Source: a bacterium
GTDB lineage: Bacteria; Patescibacteriota; Minisyncoccia; Phycocordibacterales; DATDWN01
Assembly (NCBI GenBank): GCA_037134875.1
Contig: JBAXLH010000001.1
Span: 106,646 to 170,645, forward strand
Direction of reading: 5' to 3'
DNA length: 64,000 nt
The notes under the pieces are model-generated. The model was not told where the DNA came from and ran no database searches. It saw only the letters and a program-made list of their open reading frames with translations. The position numbers and the translations under genes were made by a program. Below are positions 20,264 to 29,177 of this stretch, one piece after another (the first letter of the stretch is position 1; each line of letters begins with the position of its first letter).

Positions 20264-20544
20264 ATTTCTCCTCCGAATTTTTTCGTCTCGACAGACGAAA
20301 AAATTCTAGGCGCCGGATTGTCGACAAGCCGTGGTCGGCTCGTAAACCGCCAATCCGTTCAAATCCAAGTCGCAAATTTTCAATTTGCTTCCCGTCAGCA
20401 AAGCTAATGCTTCGCCTTTGCTTTGCTGACTGACTCGGTCTAGAACCATCCACGGTGAGACACCGTAAGGGTTCCTTGAGTACTTTTAGTGTAACAAATT
20501 TAGGGCTCTCAGTCGGGCTACCTCAAGCGCGAGTGTTACAAATG

Positions 20545-21861
20545 TTACGACTTTTTCCGTCGTTTCGGGCGAGCCGCCTTTTTGGCTCGCTTCTCCTCCC
20601 ATTTACGCTTCTCCTCAGCTTCCCGGGCAGCCATCTCCTCGGGAGGAACCACTCTCATATGCTCCAAGATCTTATAGCCCTTTAGGTGTTTAAGAGGATC
20701 AACAAAGTGGTACCACGGATGCATTGTGCTCCAAGTCTTACCGTCCTTCACCTCACTCGTCGACTGGGACTTAACCATGTCCTTGGGAGGCAAGAAGTCT
20801 TTGTTATCTTCCAACAGAAAGATTTCGCAATGAATACCCTGACCGTAACGGCTGATAGTACGAGATTTAAGGAGCCCATCCTTGACCCACTTTTTGAGGG
20901 TTTGGTGCTTAAGGTTGAAAGCTCGATCAAGATCCCACTTGCTGTACCAGCTATCTTTATCCTTCGCTAAGGAAGCCGGGATCTCTCCCTCATCGATAGC
21001 TTTCTGACAGACCAAACACTTCACGCCGTACTCGTCGTACCAACTGCCATCATCTTGCGATGACTCTCCGCATATAGCGCAGTTGCGACCACGACCTTCA
21101 AGAATGAAGCCCTTCGGATTTGCCTTTAATTTTTCTGCCCACTCCTCCTCTTGTTTCTTGAATTCTTCCATGAGCTTGCCGAGCTGTTCCATGTTGTACT
21201 TGGACTGCTCATACTCCCGACCTTCTTCGTCGGTCATACAGAAACGATCACGATCAGTGGCGAAGTTTGGATCAAACTCTTCGTCTTTAGGCGTTGACCA
21301 TTCGTGCTCGTCGACTTCAACATGTCCGCACTTCGGACACGTACGAGTGATAACGCATTTCTTTTTGTCGTCCTCTACTTTTTCTTCATAGGCAACATCG
21401 CAGCGCGGACAGAGGTGCGGCTTTACTCTCCACTCCTCACCATCAGAGAAAAAAGAACGCATCGGCAAACACTTGTTCGGGCATTCGTACATAAAGAGCA
21501 CTCGGTCTGGCTTATCCATCTCCATCCAAAGTTGCGAGAATGTCGGCTTTACCAAGTTGCGGCATGTGAGACAGCGAATGCCTTCTGGTGCTTTCGCATT
21601 CTCAAGTAAGTCATCGCGATTACGGTCGGCATCCATCCACTCGCGAATTGTTTTAGACTTATTCGTATACCGCTCTCCCTTGTCCATGTAGAGCATGAAC
21701 TTCTTTACTCCCGCCTTAACGCGCTCGTGCTCCTCTTTGTCTGTCCCCTCGGGGATATCGTCATCGCCGTCAAAAAGCTTTTCAGTCCTGCGGCATTTTT
21801 CAACCGTAAAACGGTCGTATAGGTCAGAATAGTAGAGATGGTCTTTAAGGTGTTTAGTCAT
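20545..21861 (-). CDS. Hypothetical protein with multiple CxxC zinc-binding motifs and possible C-terminal HTH
   Basis: CLTC, CPNKC, CPRC, CPKC, CAIC, CLVC; WDLDRAFNLKHQTLKKWVKDGLL. Confidence 0.75.
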   Translation of the reverse strand: MTKHLKDHLYYSDLYDRFTVEKCRRTEKLFDGDDDIPEGTDKEEHERVKAGVKKFMLYMDKGERYTNKSKTIREWMDADRNRDDLLENAKAPEGIRCLTCRNLVKPTFSQLWMEMDKPDRVLFMYECPNKCLPMRSFFSDGEEWRVKPHLCPRCDVAYEEKVEDDKKKCVITRTCPKCGHVEVDEHEWSTPKDEEFDPNFATDRDRFCMTDEEGREYEQSKYNMEQLGKLMEEFKKQEEEWAEKLKANPKGFILEGRGRNCAICGESSQDDGSWYDEYGVKCLVCQKAIDEGEIPASLAKDKDSWYSKWDLDRAFNLKHQTLKKWVKDGLLKSRTISRYGQGIHCEIFLLEDNKDFLPPKDMVKSQSTSEVKDGKTWSTMHPWYHFVDPLKHLKGYKILEHMRVVPPEEMAAREAEEKRKWEEKRAKKAARPKRRKKS

Positions 21862-21885
21862 ATCTATATTAAAATTATATAAAAT

Positions 21886-22032
21886 ATGAAAAAGAAGAAA
21901 AAGAGGCAGCTTACCGAGACCGAAGAAAAGGACGTGGATCGCTTTGTAGATAGGCTTGCGGAGATTTTACTCATGCAAGTTGAGCAGGAAGCACTAGCTA
22001 AAGAACTGCCAGGGAATGATAAGAAACGATAG
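21886..22032 (+). CDS. Small hypothetical protein (48 aa, absent from ORF track)
   Basis: MKKKKKRQLTETEEKDVDRFVDRLAEILLMQVEQEALAKELPGNDKKR. Confidence 0.5.
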   Translation: MKKKKKRQLTETEEKDVDRFVDRLAEILLMQVEQEALAKELPGNDKKR

Positions 22033-22060
22033 GAATTGACATGAGTTGATAAGCGTGTGG

Positions 22061-22069
22061 TTATCCACA
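22061..22069 (+). promoter_or_regulatory. Consensus DnaA box
   Basis: TTATCCACA in the island intergenic region. Confidence 0.4.
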
Positions 22070-22323
22070 GTTATCTTTTTTAAGACCGGACAGATTATTT
22101 TGAGAAGCGTACAATGGTTAGTGAGAGCTATCCCTCCTAACGGTCTTCGTTTTGGATATAAACAGCTAACTCTCTTTATTGAAAAAAAGAGCGTCTTTTT
22201 GCTGTTACCAACTAACCAATACTAAGCGGTCGACTTATATCGCTGATGCGAACTCCGCGTCACGAATCTTTTATCGAAATCAATTCGACACTCTTTCATA
22301 TTATCCAGCTAGTTTATAACCCC

Positions 22324-23661
22324 ATGATTAAAAACAGTCTAAAGATTGAGTACGTTCCTATCGACTCACTCCATCACGTGGAATACAACCCACGTATTAT
22401 CAACGAAACTACGAAAGCATCAGTACGCGCGAGTATTGAGATGCACGGTATACAAGACCCCCTCATCATCAACCGTGCCCCCGAACGCAAGGGCGGTATT
22501 ATCGGCGGCAACCTCCGCTACGAGGTCATGAAGGATCTCGGCTTCACCGAAGTGCCCGTTATTTTTGTCGACATTCCAGAACTCGAACGAGAGAAAGATC
22601 TGTGCTTGCGTCTCAATAAGGCCGTCGGAGAGTGGGACCTCATCTTACTCGCCGAATTCGATGAGTCCTTCCTAACCAATGTAGGCTTCAACAGCGAGGA
22701 GATTGATGAAATATTTCCGGTCGACGAGACTCCGACTGAGTTCTCGCTCAAGCACGAACTTGAAAAGATAGGTATAGACGGTGTGACCGTAAAGAAAGGC
22801 GACCTATACGATCTCGATGGCTCCCGGCTCTATGTCGGCGATTCAACCGTCGAGTCAGACATGCTCGCCCTCTTTGGTGAGCACAAAGCAGATATGTGTA
22901 TGACCGACCCGCCGTACGATCTTGCATACCTCCACGGTAAAAAGCGTAACGGCAAAGCGACCGAAGGGTTCGGGCTCAAGCGTGATCGTAAGTATCTCGA
23001 AACCGATGAGTTGCCGGATGACTTTACGGATTTGTGGATGGCCAATGTCGCTAAAATTCAAAAGCCCGACTTCTCGATTATTGTCTACGAAGCTCCGAAG
23101 AACCTGCGCACCATTTGGAACGCGCTCGAGGCTCACTGGAAGTACCGCAACACGATAGTCTGGACGATTCCGAATCGTGTGCAAGGATTTTCAGCCAAGC
23201 TCAAGTTCTTCAATAAGCACGACATCGCTGTTGTAGGGACTTCGGGTGAGGTCGCGCTCCATACCGAGCCGGAAGACAACTTGCTATTCCAAAACGAATA
23301 TGAGACAGCTCTGTTTGCCACCTCAGGTAGGCCGCATTGGGAGTCGTATGGAAAAGACAAGCGATACTGTCCGACCGATGTTATTGACCACGTAGCTGCC
23401 GATGAAAAAGCATCAGGGCAAGGCATCATCTTTGGAGTGAAGCCGCTCCCTATACTCATCCCGTACATTAAGGTGCTGACCAAGCGTGGTGACATCGTTG
23501 TTGAACCCTTTGGAGGAAGCGGGTCGACCCTCATCGCCTCAAACACTATCGGTCGTCGCTGCTTCATTATGGAGAAGGTGCCGACCTATGCTGAGGTCAT
23601 TCTGAACCGCTGGGAGAAGTTCTCGGGCAAGAAGCGGGTAAAGATCCATGCACAAGCGTGA
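22324..23661 (+). CDS. ParB-like N-terminal domain fused to amino-DNA methyltransferase (phage-type)
   Basis: YNPRII...GIQDPLII...IGGNLR; TDPPY; VKPLP; EPFGGSGSTLIA. Confidence 0.9.
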   Translation: MIKNSLKIEYVPIDSLHHVEYNPRIINETTKASVRASIEMHGIQDPLIINRAPERKGGIIGGNLRYEVMKDLGFTEVPVIFVDIPELEREKDLCLRLNKAVGEWDLILLAEFDESFLTNVGFNSEEIDEIFPVDETPTEFSLKHELEKIGIDGVTVKKGDLYDLDGSRLYVGDSTVESDMLALFGEHKADMCMTDPPYDLAYLHGKKRNGKATEGFGLKRDRKYLETDELPDDFTDLWMANVAKIQKPDFSIIVYEAPKNLRTIWNALEAHWKYRNTIVWTIPNRVQGFSAKLKFFNKHDIAVVGTSGEVALHTEPEDNLLFQNEYETALFATSGRPHWESYGKDKRYCPTDVIDHVAADEKASGQGIIFGVKPLPILIPYIKVLTKRGDIVVEPFGGSGSTLIASNTIGRRCFIMEKVPTYAEVILNRWEKFSGKKRVKIHAQA

Positions 23662-24544
23662 TCAGCAAACCACACTGATTAAAACCCTCGCTGAGGGATA
23701 CACCATAACCGCCGCCTGCAAGCGAGCGGGTGTCTCTCGCATGTTCTATAACCGGCACTACAAGACAGATCTTGAATTCCGAAAGAAAGTAGACCGCGCG
23801 TATGTACTTGGCAAGCAAGTGAATGACGACCGTGTGTTGTCTGTGTACATGAAGCAGATAAATGAGGCTAGGGACTGGCGGCCCATTAAATATTATCTAG
23901 AACATAACGTGGGACCATACATGCAAAAAAATACTCCCTCACCGCCTGCGGCGGGTATGCTCAGTAGAGTTGAGGCTGCAACGTCTGAAATAGAAAAGTA
24001 CACCCAGTTCATTCGCTGGAGTTCCATGACTGCTGAAGAGCGTGCGTGGCACGGTATTGAAACGCGAGAGCAGTTTTGTAAGGCATACCAAGTACCAAAC
24101 CTTGGCATGCTTGCAATCTGGACACAACGTAAAGACTTCGAGCCACGAGTTAAAACGCTTCGCGAAGAATGGGTCTTTTCTAAAACCAGTGAGATACTCG
24201 GTGGCGTATATACAGCCGCTAGCAATGGTGATCACAAAAGTCAGAAACTATGGCTAGAGCATGTGTATCACATGACCGAAAAGAAGGAGGAAAATGTTCC
24301 AGGCCAAGTAGTAATTGCGCCGGGTGATATTAGATTCCTCATTGAGTCACTACCCGAGCCTCTCAAAACGAAACACTATTCGAGACTGAGAGAGCTCCTC
24401 GACGACTCAGCTGCAGCTGCTCAAGCAGGGACGCTTAAGGACTATCAGGACGCAGGGATCTTGGATAAAAATGGAGAAATAATAAATGACCTCGAGGGCA
24501 AGGAGCGTGACATAAATCACAAGCTAGACATCTATGACATCTAG
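23648..24544 (+). CDS. Tandem HTH protein resembling phage terminase small subunit
   Basis: TITAACKRAGVSRMFYN...DLEF; second repeat EQFCKAYQV...AASNGDHKSQKLWL; overlaps the MTase stop. Confidence 0.6.
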   Translation: MHKRDQQTTLIKTLAEGYTITAACKRAGVSRMFYNRHYKTDLEFRKKVDRAYVLGKQVNDDRVLSVYMKQINEARDWRPIKYYLEHNVGPYMQKNTPSPPAAGMLSRVEAATSEIEKYTQFIRWSSMTAEERAWHGIETREQFCKAYQVPNLGMLAIWTQRKDFEPRVKTLREEWVFSKTSEILGGVYTAASNGDHKSQKLWLEHVYHMTEKKEENVPGQVVIAPGDIRFLIESLPEPLKTKHYSRLRELLDDSAAAAQAGTLKDYQDAGILDKNGEIINDLEGKERDINHKLDIYDI

Positions 24545-24750
24545 CGTCTCTTACGAGGTTCACTAAAAAGGTTGAGCTGGCTGGAGGGAGGTGGTGGCTT
24601 CTGCCTCTTCTCAATCTGCCACAATAGCTGCAAGAGCTTGAGTAAGTAGTGCCATATGGCATAGGCCTCTCCGAGCGAAATATTGCGCCCTGTGGCCTCC
24701 TTGATGATCCGCCGAAGCTCGGTAGCGCTTTGCTTGGAGAGAATAGCCAT
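24541..24750 (-). CDS. Small hypothetical protein
   Basis: 69-aa ORF LSKQSATELRRIIKEATGRNISLGEA. Confidence 0.55.
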   Translation of the reverse strand: MAILSKQSATELRRIIKEATGRNISLGEAYAIWHYLLKLLQLLWQIEKRQKPPPPSSQLNLFSEPRKRR

Positions 24751-24801
24751 AAGGCCATTCCAGCTTAGATCTGGAGGTTTGCGAAGTGGGTTGTCTACAC
24801 G

Positions 24802-25395
24802 CTACTTTGAGAGAGATTGAATATCTGCGCGAGCCTTTGTGATATCGTCAGTGACCTTCTGCTCATCTGCACGTAACTTAGTAGTTGTTACTTCTTTGAT
24901 CTGCCAACTAACTGCGTCGCCAGCCCAGAGACAGATATCGCTTGCCGCGTTATTGATATCCTCATTCCAATTACCGAGCGCATCGGGTGAAGTGCCGGAG
25001 TATAAGTTATCGGCTTCTTGATAGGCACTCATTGCGTTAGTGCCCGGATCATTCTTGAGGCAGGTATTGGTGCGGAATGAACCGAGCTGGCTTGCGGCCG
25101 AACTTGGATCGTTAAGCGCTTTCAGACCTGCGTTCGCATCTGCGTACTGCGTTGTGCCGAGCACAGTCTTGGCAGAGCTTAATAACGACACGTAGTGGTC
25201 GGTGCTTGCCGAAAGAATTGCAGCAACCTTTTGCTTATCTGGAGCAGACGATGTCGCGACTACTACAGGATTTTGCACGGGCGCACTTTCCTGTGCCTGC
25301 TTGATAGGCTGCGGCGTATTTAGACCAATTATAAGTAACAAAACAAAACCGAGAACAACTACTCCGACAACGGAGTAGAGAACTTTTTTAGCCAT
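24802..25395 (-). CDS. Membrane-anchored hypothetical protein
   Basis: N-terminal TM helix, P/A/S-rich linker, helical domain. Confidence 0.75.
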   Translation of the reverse strand: MAKKVLYSVVGVVVLGFVLLLIIGLNTPQPIKQAQESAPVQNPVVVATSSAPDKQKVAAILSASTDHYVSLLSSAKTVLGTTQYADANAGLKALNDPSSAASQLGSFRTNTCLKNDPGTNAMSAYQEADNLYSGTSPDALGNWNEDINNAASDICLWAGDAVSWQIKEVTTTKLRADEQKVTDDITKARADIQSLSK

Positions 25396-25560
25396 AAAAT
25401 CTAGCGGGATTTTAGATGGTGGGAACCCTCAGGTAATCAAAAGGCTCCTCGCCATTGCGATGAGAACCTTTCGGCCCCCACCCATACCGGTTTCCCGATA
25501 TGACCCGCTAGAGTGACTCTGACGAGGAGTCCTTTGATCTCTAGCGGGATTTGCAACCAT
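25396..25560 (-). ncRNA. Candidate structured leader / c4-like antisense RNA
   Basis: 13-bp direct repeats with a central complement, 16-nt complementary segments, GNRA-capped hairpins on the minus strand. Confidence 0.5.
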
Positions 25561-25698
25561 ATCCTAAGAATTTGACTTCCTAGGGGTTAGGTCGGCTTAT
25601 ATTCAATTGTGCAAGTACATGATAGCAGAAATTGCTATCGTTTGACCACCTTAGCTTAGCTTTGAGAGCTTGCAAAGTAGGTTATCTACTCCTCAATT

Positions 25699-26268
25699 TT
25701 AATGAAAAGTGACACCGCTCTTTTTGAGCTCATTACGTACCTCAGCATAGTTCGGAATAGTCTGTGATACGAGTTTCCAAAACTTCTTTGAATGATTAAA
25801 TTCTTTTAGGTGGCAGAGCTCGTGGACAATTATGTAATCAGATAGAGGCTTTGGTAAAAGTGCGATTTTATAGTTGAAATTAAGGTTACCTTTTCGAGAA
25901 CAGCTACCCCAACGCGTCTTCTGATTTTTGATATTGATCCGATTGAAATTAAACTCCCGTTTCTGATTGAAGTAGTTAACTCGATTTACTGCCAGTTTAT
26001 ATGCCTCGTCTTTGTACTTGAGGTAGTCCTCTTGGCTATACCTCGCAATTGCCTTACCCTTGAACTGCTTGAAAAAAGCAATTTTTGAGAAAAGCCATTC
26101 ACTTTTCTCATTAATGAATTTGTCGACAATGGTTTCTTTGAGATCAAAAGGGGTCGTGACCACAATGCTCCCATCACAGTACACAGCAAGGCGCATTCTT
26201 CGTGCCCGATGACTTTTTCGGAGAGTATAGGTAACTTGTTTATTTTCAAGTGCTATATGTTTCTTCAT
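25699..26268 (-). CDS. YgjP/M48-like zinc metalloprotein associated with type I R-M
   Basis: QKTRWGSCS, DYIIVHELCHL, NHSKKFW. Confidence 0.92.
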   Translation of the reverse strand: MKKHIALENKQVTYTLRKSHRARRMRLAVYCDGSIVVTTPFDLKETIVDKFINEKSEWLFSKIAFFKQFKGKAIARYSQEDYLKYKDEAYKLAVNRVNYFNQKREFNFNRINIKNQKTRWGSCSRKGNLNFNYKIALLPKPLSDYIIVHELCHLKEFNHSKKFWKLVSQTIPNYAEVRNELKKSGVTFH

Positions 26269-26270
26269 GG

Positions 26271-29177
26271 TTAGAATTTTTTGACCACAATATCGACCAG
26301 ACGGTTGAGATATTTATGAAAGTCGTCAACCTTAATTTTTTCTCTATATTCTTTAAGTACCAACTCTTGAACAATGCGCTTTACTTCTTTCAAGAATTCA
26401 TCACGTTTCGAGGACTCTTGCCAACCCTCATCGAGCACATCCTCAAGTCGTGCTGTCATATCCTTTATGAAGTCCCTGATCACGTCTTTATCTCCCGTGA
26501 TAAATTCCTCAGAGATAACAAACAGGCCATATTCATTGAGGGAATACCCGAGCTCCTTAGCCTCGTCTCCTTTTTTCTTTATATCTTCAAGAAGCCCTTG
26601 GTATCGCTTGATACGTTCCGATAAATCAATTTGATTTTGTTCAAACTCTTTCCTGATTGCTGAAAGTCGTTCACTAAACTTTTTATACGCAGGATTAGTA
26701 TCGACATTTATAGAGATTTCCTGCTTAAGCATTTTCTCAAGATTGAGAGCTTTCTCCTCATCATCCATCTTATTAAGACGCTCCATAACGTAAAGGTCGT
26801 TGACATTAAGCTCACGGAAATTCTTAGTGATGCCTTCGTAGTCCACACGTTGCTGGATAAGAAGTTTAACTTTCTCGCCAAACTCAGCAAGAAGTTCTGC
26901 ATCAGTTGTTCTCGCTCCGTATTCTTTGTCAAACGCAATATAAACACTGGCAAGCCACTCAAATGCTCGGATATGTGTTTTCAGGAAGGGGTCTGGCGAG
27001 AGTACCTCAAACAAAAGCTTAAGACGGGCATATTTTTCACGGAAAAACTTCTGCTTGTCTGTATTCTCCGCAAAAATCTTCAAACAGCGGCGCAGGTTTT
27101 CAATTGAAGGATCTTCAATATTTACACCCACGAATACATCCATAATTTCGTCAAGTACGTCGACGAATTCTTCTTTGAGTTTATCGATATTGATCATCGC
27201 AGAATCAACCACACTCTCGTCAAAATTGAGTGCCTTGTGAAGACTCTTGGTAATGCCGTAATAGTCAATTACTTTTCCAGCACCCTTGTTTGGATACACG
27301 CGGTTTGTGCGTGCGATTGCTTGTAGAAGATTATGATCCCAAAGCGGCTTGTCGAGGTACATCACCTGTTCAATTGGGGCATCAAAGCCAGTGAGAAGCA
27401 TGTCGCAGACAAGCAAGAATTTGAGCGGACTATTTGGATCCTTGAATTCATTTATGAGCTTTTCTCGCTTAGCTTTAGTCGTATTGTATTTCTGAAGGTC
27501 CTCAGCACTTGTGTTGGGATCGCCAGCAGAATAGATAACCGCAGACCACTCTTTCGGAATTAACTCATCCAGTATTTCTTTGTATTTTGCCGTCGCTTCA
27601 CGGTCATAGCAGACAACTTGAGCCTTGAAACCAGCAGGCTCTACATAAAGCTTAAAGTGCTCGACTATATCTTGAGCAACAGCACGCATACGCTTATCGA
27701 GTTTAACGATTGCTTCTTTCTTTCCATATTTCTTTGCAACTTGATCCTTCTCTTTATCTGAGAGTCCTTGGGTCAATTCTTCAAACTGCTTGTCTATTTT
27801 CTCCTCATCAATAAAGAATTTTGAGAGTCTAGCCTCATAGGTAACAGGGAGTGTGGCTCCGTCTTCTACGGCTTGCTGAATAGAATAATAATCCAAGTAA
27901 CGTTCGCCCTCCTCGCCGAAGTTACGATGAGTATTAAGTGTTGCCTTATCGATAGGAGTACCGGTAAAGCCAAAGAAGAACGCGTTCTTTAAGGAACTGC
28001 GGAGATTAATTGCCGAAACGCCTTCATTATCTCTATGTGCCTCGTCTGAAAGTACGATAATGTTCTCGTCGAGGTTTTCTGTTGTATTTCCAAGTTCAGA
28101 GAATTTCTGGATTGTAGAAATGAAGATTCCTCTCTCGGAAGACTTTATCTTCTTCTCAAGATCTTGACGCGAATCCACACGAACGACGTTCTTGCCACCA
28201 CAATTTACGAAAGTCTCGTAAATCTGATCATCAAGATCTATACGATCCACTAAGATAAAAATCTTTGGGTTTTTGAGCGCCTTATCAAAGCGTAGCTTCC
28301 AAGCCGTAAAGAACATGGTGAGCGATTTGCCCGACCCTTGAGTATGCCAAATGAGCCCACGCTTCTGGTCACCTCCAGCAACTCGCTCAACAATCTTGTT
28401 TGTTGCTCTAAGTTGCTGGTATCGTGCAATTTTCTTTACAGTGCGCTCCTTTTCTTTTTCAAAAAGAATAAAATTCCTGACTATATCGAGAAGCCTCTCT
28501 TTTGAGAGTAGGGCTGTAAGCGTCATTTCCAACTCTCCCCCTGTTTGTTTTTGAAGCTCTTCATCACGCCAACGTAGAAAGTACTGCGCAGGTGCGTAAG
28601 TAGCTCCGTAGACGGTTTGAAGGCCATCTGTAGCTATGTTGAAGCAGTTAGGCCAAAACAATTTAAAAGCATTTCGCTCATATCGCTTTATCTGTCCAAC
28701 AGCATTGGAATAGTTCACGCTGCTTGCTGCAGTAGGGCTCTTTGCCTCTATATCTACCAAAGGCAAACCATTCAGGAAGACCATTATGTCTGGGCGGATA
28801 TTCTCGGAGTTTCCCTCGAAGTAGAACTGATTGGTAGCGACAAACTGGTTGTTATCGGTTGTCTCAAAATCAACGACGTAGTAGTCGCGCATCTTGCCAG
28901 TCTGAGAATCTTTCAAGTTCACACCATCACGAAGCATTTTAAGAAATGCCTCGTTATTATCTATTTTCTTCACCTCTCGGACAATAGAAATAGCCTCATC
29001 TTCCTGTATTCCGTTAATTCGCTTAACGGCCTCAAGAAGTAGCGGAGTGATAATGTATTCGTTCTCAAACTCACGGAGCTTCGAAAACTCCTGCGATTTG
29101 ATGTATTTGTAACCAAGCTTCTCCTGGAGAAACTTAATGACGTGATTTTCTACTGTGTGTTGTTCGTTGAATTTCAT
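26271..29177 (-). CDS. hsdR: Type I restriction endonuclease subunit R
   Basis: RPDI..FLNGLPL..IEAK, WHTQGSGKS, DEAHR, FTGTPI, MLLTGFDAP, QAIARTNR. Confidence 0.97.
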   Translation of the reverse strand: MKFNEQHTVENHVIKFLQEKLGYKYIKSQEFSKLREFENEYIITPLLLEAVKRINGIQEDEAISIVREVKKIDNNEAFLKMLRDGVNLKDSQTGKMRDYYVVDFETTDNNQFVATNQFYFEGNSENIRPDIMVFLNGLPLVDIEAKSPTAASSVNYSNAVGQIKRYERNAFKLFWPNCFNIATDGLQTVYGATYAPAQYFLRWRDEELQKQTGGELEMTLTALLSKERLLDIVRNFILFEKEKERTVKKIARYQQLRATNKIVERVAGGDQKRGLIWHTQGSGKSLTMFFTAWKLRFDKALKNPKIFILVDRIDLDDQIYETFVNCGGKNVVRVDSRQDLEKKIKSSERGIFISTIQKFSELGNTTENLDENIIVLSDEAHRDNEGVSAINLRSSLKNAFFFGFTGTPIDKATLNTHRNFGEEGERYLDYYSIQQAVEDGATLPVTYEARLSKFFIDEEKIDKQFEELTQGLSDKEKDQVAKKYGKKEAIVKLDKRMRAVAQDIVEHFKLYVEPAGFKAQVVCYDREATAKYKEILDELIPKEWSAVIYSAGDPNTSAEDLQKYNTTKAKREKLINEFKDPNSPLKFLLVCDMLLTGFDAPIEQVMYLDKPLWDHNLLQAIARTNRVYPNKGAGKVIDYYGITKSLHKALNFDESVVDSAMINIDKLKEEFVDVLDEIMDVFVGVNIEDPSIENLRRCLKIFAENTDKQKFFREKYARLKLLFEVLSPDPFLKTHIRAFEWLASVYIAFDKEYGARTTDAELLAEFGEKVKLLIQQRVDYEGITKNFRELNVNDLYVMERLNKMDDEEKALNLEKMLKQEISINVDTNPAYKKFSERLSAIRKEFEQNQIDLSERIKRYQGLLEDIKKKGDEAKELGYSLNEYGLFVISEEFITGDKDVIRDFIKDMTARLEDVLDEGWQESSKRDEFLKEVKRIVQELVLKEYREKIKVDDFHKYLNRLVDIVVKKF

